From positions 7,874,001 to 7,938,000 of the forward strand of contig JBHGNT010000002.1 of NCBI GenBank assembly GCA_043228905.1: 64,000 nt of DNA, in the 5' to 3' direction. Shown piece by piece: positions 59,622-64,000 of this stretch. Position 1 is the stretch's first letter; each line of letters opens with the position of its first letter. Both the position numbers and the translations under genes were made by a program. Origin of the DNA: Azolla caroliniana. Lineage: Eukaryota > Plantae > Polypodiophyta. Under the pieces are notes generated by a model that saw nothing but the letters and a program-made list of their open reading frames with translations, was not told the DNA's origin and searched no databases.

Positions 59622-61389
59622 GAAGACGGTTGAGCGAGGAACAAAAAGTAAGTCGAAGACAAGCTGGACCAGACAAGCCGACAAGGCAAAGTCAAAAGAA
59701 TCGGAATGCCAGGAAGCTAAAGATGCAACATTGAGCGAGGATACCAATTGGAGAAAAACTTATTCAAGGGCAAACAAACCTGAAGACAGATCGAAGACCC
59801 AGCAAGGAGCCTAGGAGCATGCACGAGCGGAAAGTAGACGATCGATCCGAGGCTGAGAGTCAAATTTGGATATGAGCCAATCTAGAAAAATGAGCCGATT
59901 TGGACGCAGAATGTTTCAGACAAGTAGAAATGACCAATTCAGACAAGCCGACCCAGATGACTAGCCAAATCAGGCTAGATACTAACTTTACCTCTACCGA
60001 CTCAACTATATGTTGAACAACTTGTAGTTATAACTTTACGAGGGAGATAACCCCATTGTATGTAGAAAGAGTAGTCCTTTTATGGGGGAGTTTGTTGGCA
60101 TAAAAGGCCGACTCCTTCCACTTTGTATCCATAAGTGTGAACACGTCCAATAGTTAGGGCTTGAGTATATAAGCTCTAACATAACGTTGTAACAGAGAGT
60201 TTGATTACCTTGTATCTTGAGTTTGAGAGAGAGAGTTACAGAATAATGAAGAACTTCCATTGAAGCTTGAGAATCGTGTTAACTCTCCATAAAGAGGCTA
60301 GTTTTAACCTATGGGACCAAAGTATACATGTGTTGTTAATATGTGTCTGTTGAGATATCAAGCTCAACCAGATTTAGGTAGCTAGTCAACCACGTAACTT
60401 CGTAGGTACTTAGATAGAATCAGGTTCGAAGTATTGACTATAATGCGTTAAATAGGACCTTGTACTTAATTGGGATATTCTAGATCCTCCACTCCCAAGT
60501 ACATTTAATAGAGGACTTACACGTTGTCCCCATATTCTCCTCACACATGTGCACCCTTGCACATGAAATCTATATATACCTCATTGAAGGTATTTTTGTA
60601 ACTTGATGATGCTTTTTAATATAGTTAATCATCCCCCATCTTGTCTCGTGTTCATAAGTGTAACTTCCTCTCACGCACACATACACACAAATATCACTAT
60701 ATCTTCCGCTTAACTTAATCACATAATTAGGTACTAATTAACCATTAATTAATTACGTAATTGTTAATAGTGTCTCCGTCCTAAGAAGGGGTATTCATAC
60801 ATTGAAGCGCAAAGTCTCTATGTGTGAATAAAGCATACATATATGAGATCAACCTTCTAGGTGGTGTCTTAAGTATGACACTTAAGTTATCAACATCCTC
60901 TTAGTATGTCAGCATATCTTGAACGAATTGCACTATATGTTGAGCATGTGAAGAGAAAGTGACATTCATCCTATACCATGCCTTCATTGCATACTTTATA
61001 TGTCTTCAAATTCATTACATTTTGATACCATGATGCAACTTCAATACCTGATGGAGTGCAAAGTAGTGTAAGGGCTCTACGAGCATTACTACTCATATTG
61101 GTAATGGAATAATATTGGATACGATCAATAGGAATTCTTGTTTTATATTGAGACCAACATTCGGGGTTTAAAACTTTGTAATGTAGCATTCTAGTTTTGT
61201 CCTCTTAGTATCTTCCCACTTCATCCTTAATGATTCCACCAACCTTTTCTCAATCATTACATAATACATAACATCGCTCAAAAGCTCTAAAAGATCATCT
61301 ACACCCCATCTTCTAAACCATTTCCTTATGTCAACAACCCAATCAGATGAGAGAATCTTACTCTTATGATTCTTTTGTAGCTTACATCA

Positions 61390-61908
61390 TGTTACCCAAT
61401 GGGACAAGTGAGACAAGTGGGAAACATATCAAAAAGAACCAAGCACTAACAGCCAAATAAGGGAAGCCGAATATCAAAGGAGCGGGTGGAAAGCACCAAG
61501 CAGAAGGAATCTATATATATCAAGGAGTAGCGAACACAGAGCGCGGAAGGATCTGGAGAACTACTTTAGTAACAGACTAATAGAGAGTGAGTGAGTATTT
61601 ATTGAATACACTCAGTTCTTGTATCTTACCTATATGCTACATTTAATTGAAAATATATGCTACACTCGGTAACTTCTGTGTTCTGCCTCATTTCTATTTC
61701 GTCATACATGTATACCTAGAACTTTCGGTCTATGTAAAGGACGTAAATATGGATCAGTTGTAGCCGATCCCTCAAAATACCCTTCTTAATTCCCCAATCG
61801 TCTTAACGATCTCGGTAGTATGTCGTGACCCCGATTCTCCTTCGCACCACAATACCTTGATCTGATTACTCAGGAGTAATCGAAGGTGTTCTCCAGGCGG
61901 GAGTAACA
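61390..61908. mobile_element. Solo LTR (519 bp) inserted in the second LINE
   Basis: TGTTAC...GTAACA termini, TSD catca/catcc; the LINE frame WIVGC|KLQK resumes across it. Confidence 0.75.
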
Positions 61909-62527
61909 CATCCAACAATCCAAGCAAGATGTGGTAATCGATGACTCGGCATATTTTTTACTTTTGTAATGTATCTATATACTCTTTGGAGTGTCAATAT
62001 TTTTATGGGTTGAATACTTGTTTCCAAGATCATAACCTGGTAAGAGGTAGTGCATGTAACTCCTAATTGCCTCTTAAAAAATATCTTTTGAATTTTTTCA
62101 ATGTCAATCCATGCATTAAGAGAGATGGCATCACCCCATACTTCTGCTCCATAAAGCAATACATGAGTTATCATGGCATTGAACAACATTAGTTTTACTT
62201 CACATCCAAAAGTATTACTTTGGTTGCATTGGTTCTCCAAGAGGTAATGCGATTTCTAACCGGCTTGGCACCTAAAATCAAAGCATGCACTCCATTTATT
62301 TGTGGTAGGTACATCAATATCAAGATATTTAAAGCTTTGAACAAATTCTATATGTTCACCTCTATATGTGAGCATAGGGTAATGATGAGGTTGAATGGTT
62401 TGCACTACCATCATTTTTGTTTTCTCTACATTCACTACTAGTCCACTAATATGGCAAAAATCTTCTAGTACCCCAAGAAAATGTTGCATAATATCAACAT
62501 CATATGAGAAGAGTGCCACATCATCTA

Positions 62528-62983
62528 TGTTGAGAATCAAGCTCAACCTAGTCTAGTGTGTGAACACACCTTTTGAGAATGTATTCAAGCATTCAAAGGT
62601 CAAAAGTCACCACTACTTTCTACCCATTAACTATGTGTCATAGAATCATATTTTTTGACACATAACTAAAGAGTTTCCACATTCCCCACAACCCATGAGC
62701 TCCTATAATTCTATTGAGAGAGTGGGTGCTTTAGTGAGTTAATGAAGAGAGAGGGTAACCTTATATAAAGCACCCTCCTCCTACTCTATAAGAGTCAATT
62801 GCTCTCCAGGACCTTATAATGCTATATTTTTACTTGGTATTCTTCTTGTTAATATATATTATCTTGAGTAATTCATTCCTCTCAGCTATCTATCTTGTGT
62901 TCCTCTCCTCTCTTCTCCTCTTTTCACACACACACATAATACACATCTCTTCTGGTGCACAGAATCATATCTGATTCTTTATA
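62528..62983. mobile_element. Solo LTR (456 bp) inserted in the YADD motif of the second LINE
   Basis: tgttg...tttata (CA decayed to TA), TSD atcta/atctg; removal restores LYADDVALF. Confidence 0.7.
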
Positions 62984-64000
62984 ATCTGCATATAAAAGCA
63001 ATAGGATAATATGTGCATCAATTTGGCAACATTGAATCCTTCTTCCCTTGCAACCTTATTCACCACTTCTTCTAATTTATCAATACATAAGCCAAAGAGT
63101 GTGGGTGATAGTGGACATCCTTGCTTGACCCCCATGTTACTTAAAAAAGGCTTTGAGAATCCACTATCTAGTTTTAGTTGGCATTTAACTTGTTCATATA
63201 GCTGTGTAACAGCAACTCGGTACTTTAATGGCATGTCAATCTCTACCAATTCTATTTCTAATCTCACTTTGTGGTACGTATCAATAGCTTTCTTGAAATT
63301 AACAAAACAATAAATTGTTTTTCCGTGTAGTCGACTCTCTTCCATGATTACTCTCAATGTGACCAAATGATCCATGGTGGAGTGTTTTGGTGTAAATCCT
63401 ACTTTCCCAAGAGCTCTTTTGCTTGTACTTTCAGCCCATGTGCTTATCTTTTGCTCCATAATAGTGTTATATAATTTAGCAATAGTTGAGCTCACCATTA
63501 TTGTACTAATTTGATACTTGATTCTTATCTCCGTCTTGAAATATTGGTTTAATTAATTTCATAAGCTAATCATTTGGAAATCCTTGTTTTATAGCTTGCT
63601 CTATAATTGTCATTATCTTTTATTTTTAGTAACAGTTTTATTACTAGTGGGAGACCTCAAAGTGAGGTAAAAACCTACAAAGAATAAAAATATATATACA
63701 AGTGTCGATTAAACACTAAAGAGATTAAAAGCACTCAAAGTAAAGATTGTAAATTTGCAATGTGGTGTCTCTAAGTTGCAGACAATCAAAAGAAGATTGC
63801 TTAAAGAAGTTAATTCAAGCATATGGTTTTGATCAAAGACCTTATTATTGCAGGCTATCTGAATGGTCTAGACTGCGCAAAATTGTGTCCATTGGAGAAA
63901 ATAGGCATTGTTGGATAGGACACATGAAATTTGTCTAAATATCCAAAAGTGTTTCCCAAACCTTCCGCCAGGAAATTTGTGATAAAGAGACTGAGTCTGT

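Larger units (their letters stand above)
60850..63510 (-). mobile_element. Second, older RTE/RTEX-like LINE (RT to C-terminal zinc finger), split by two solo LTRs
   Basis: GVKQGCPLSPTLFG, LLYAD|DVALFS, SFKYL, LLYGAEVWG, and C-terminal C...DECHFLFTCSTY..IR at ~60910-60990. Confidence 0.8.

Noticed and set aside
60348-60801. Possible solo LTR whose start resembles 62528 (tgttgaga..tcaagctcaacc)
   Set aside because: No matching TSD found and the right boundary is uncertain.

Overview
Eukaryotic heterochromatin-like window, probably from a non-seed land plant such as a fern (inferred from the retroelement lineages). It consists almost entirely of nested retrotransposons, mostly on the minus strand. 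From left to right: a decayed Ty1/copia element (1-2552) whose 5' LTR is interrupted by a 5'-inverted RTE/RTEX-like LINE (2553-6121). Next is a degenerate tRNA-Trp-primed Ty3/gypsy element A1 (6122-13657). A1 sits in an Athila/Tat-related gypsy element D (13658-49057, four pieces, with an extra 3' ORF), which also hosts gypsy B (15096-22039), a solo LTR with tRNA-like cassettes (24671-25561) and a pol-less relative of A1, A2 (28450-48404). The junction between D and the A2 3' LTR has been amplified in place into about 28 near-identical 329-bp satellite monomers (28435-43459). The array contains an intact young chromovirus C1 (35705-41480, self-priming PBS, -1 frameshift signal, chromodomain) and a truncated second copy at the same monomer position. 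The last 15 kb holds older copia fragments, solo LTRs, a second decayed LINE and one candidate orphan membrane-protein gene (54859-55623) with a decayed paralog. Main observations: a newborn LTR-junction satellite; a TGTCG...CGACA gypsy lineage making 4-bp CpG-centred TSDs; tRNA-like Pol III cassettes inside an LTR; a self-priming chromovirus. All coordinates and alignments were read by eye and may be off by a few bases.
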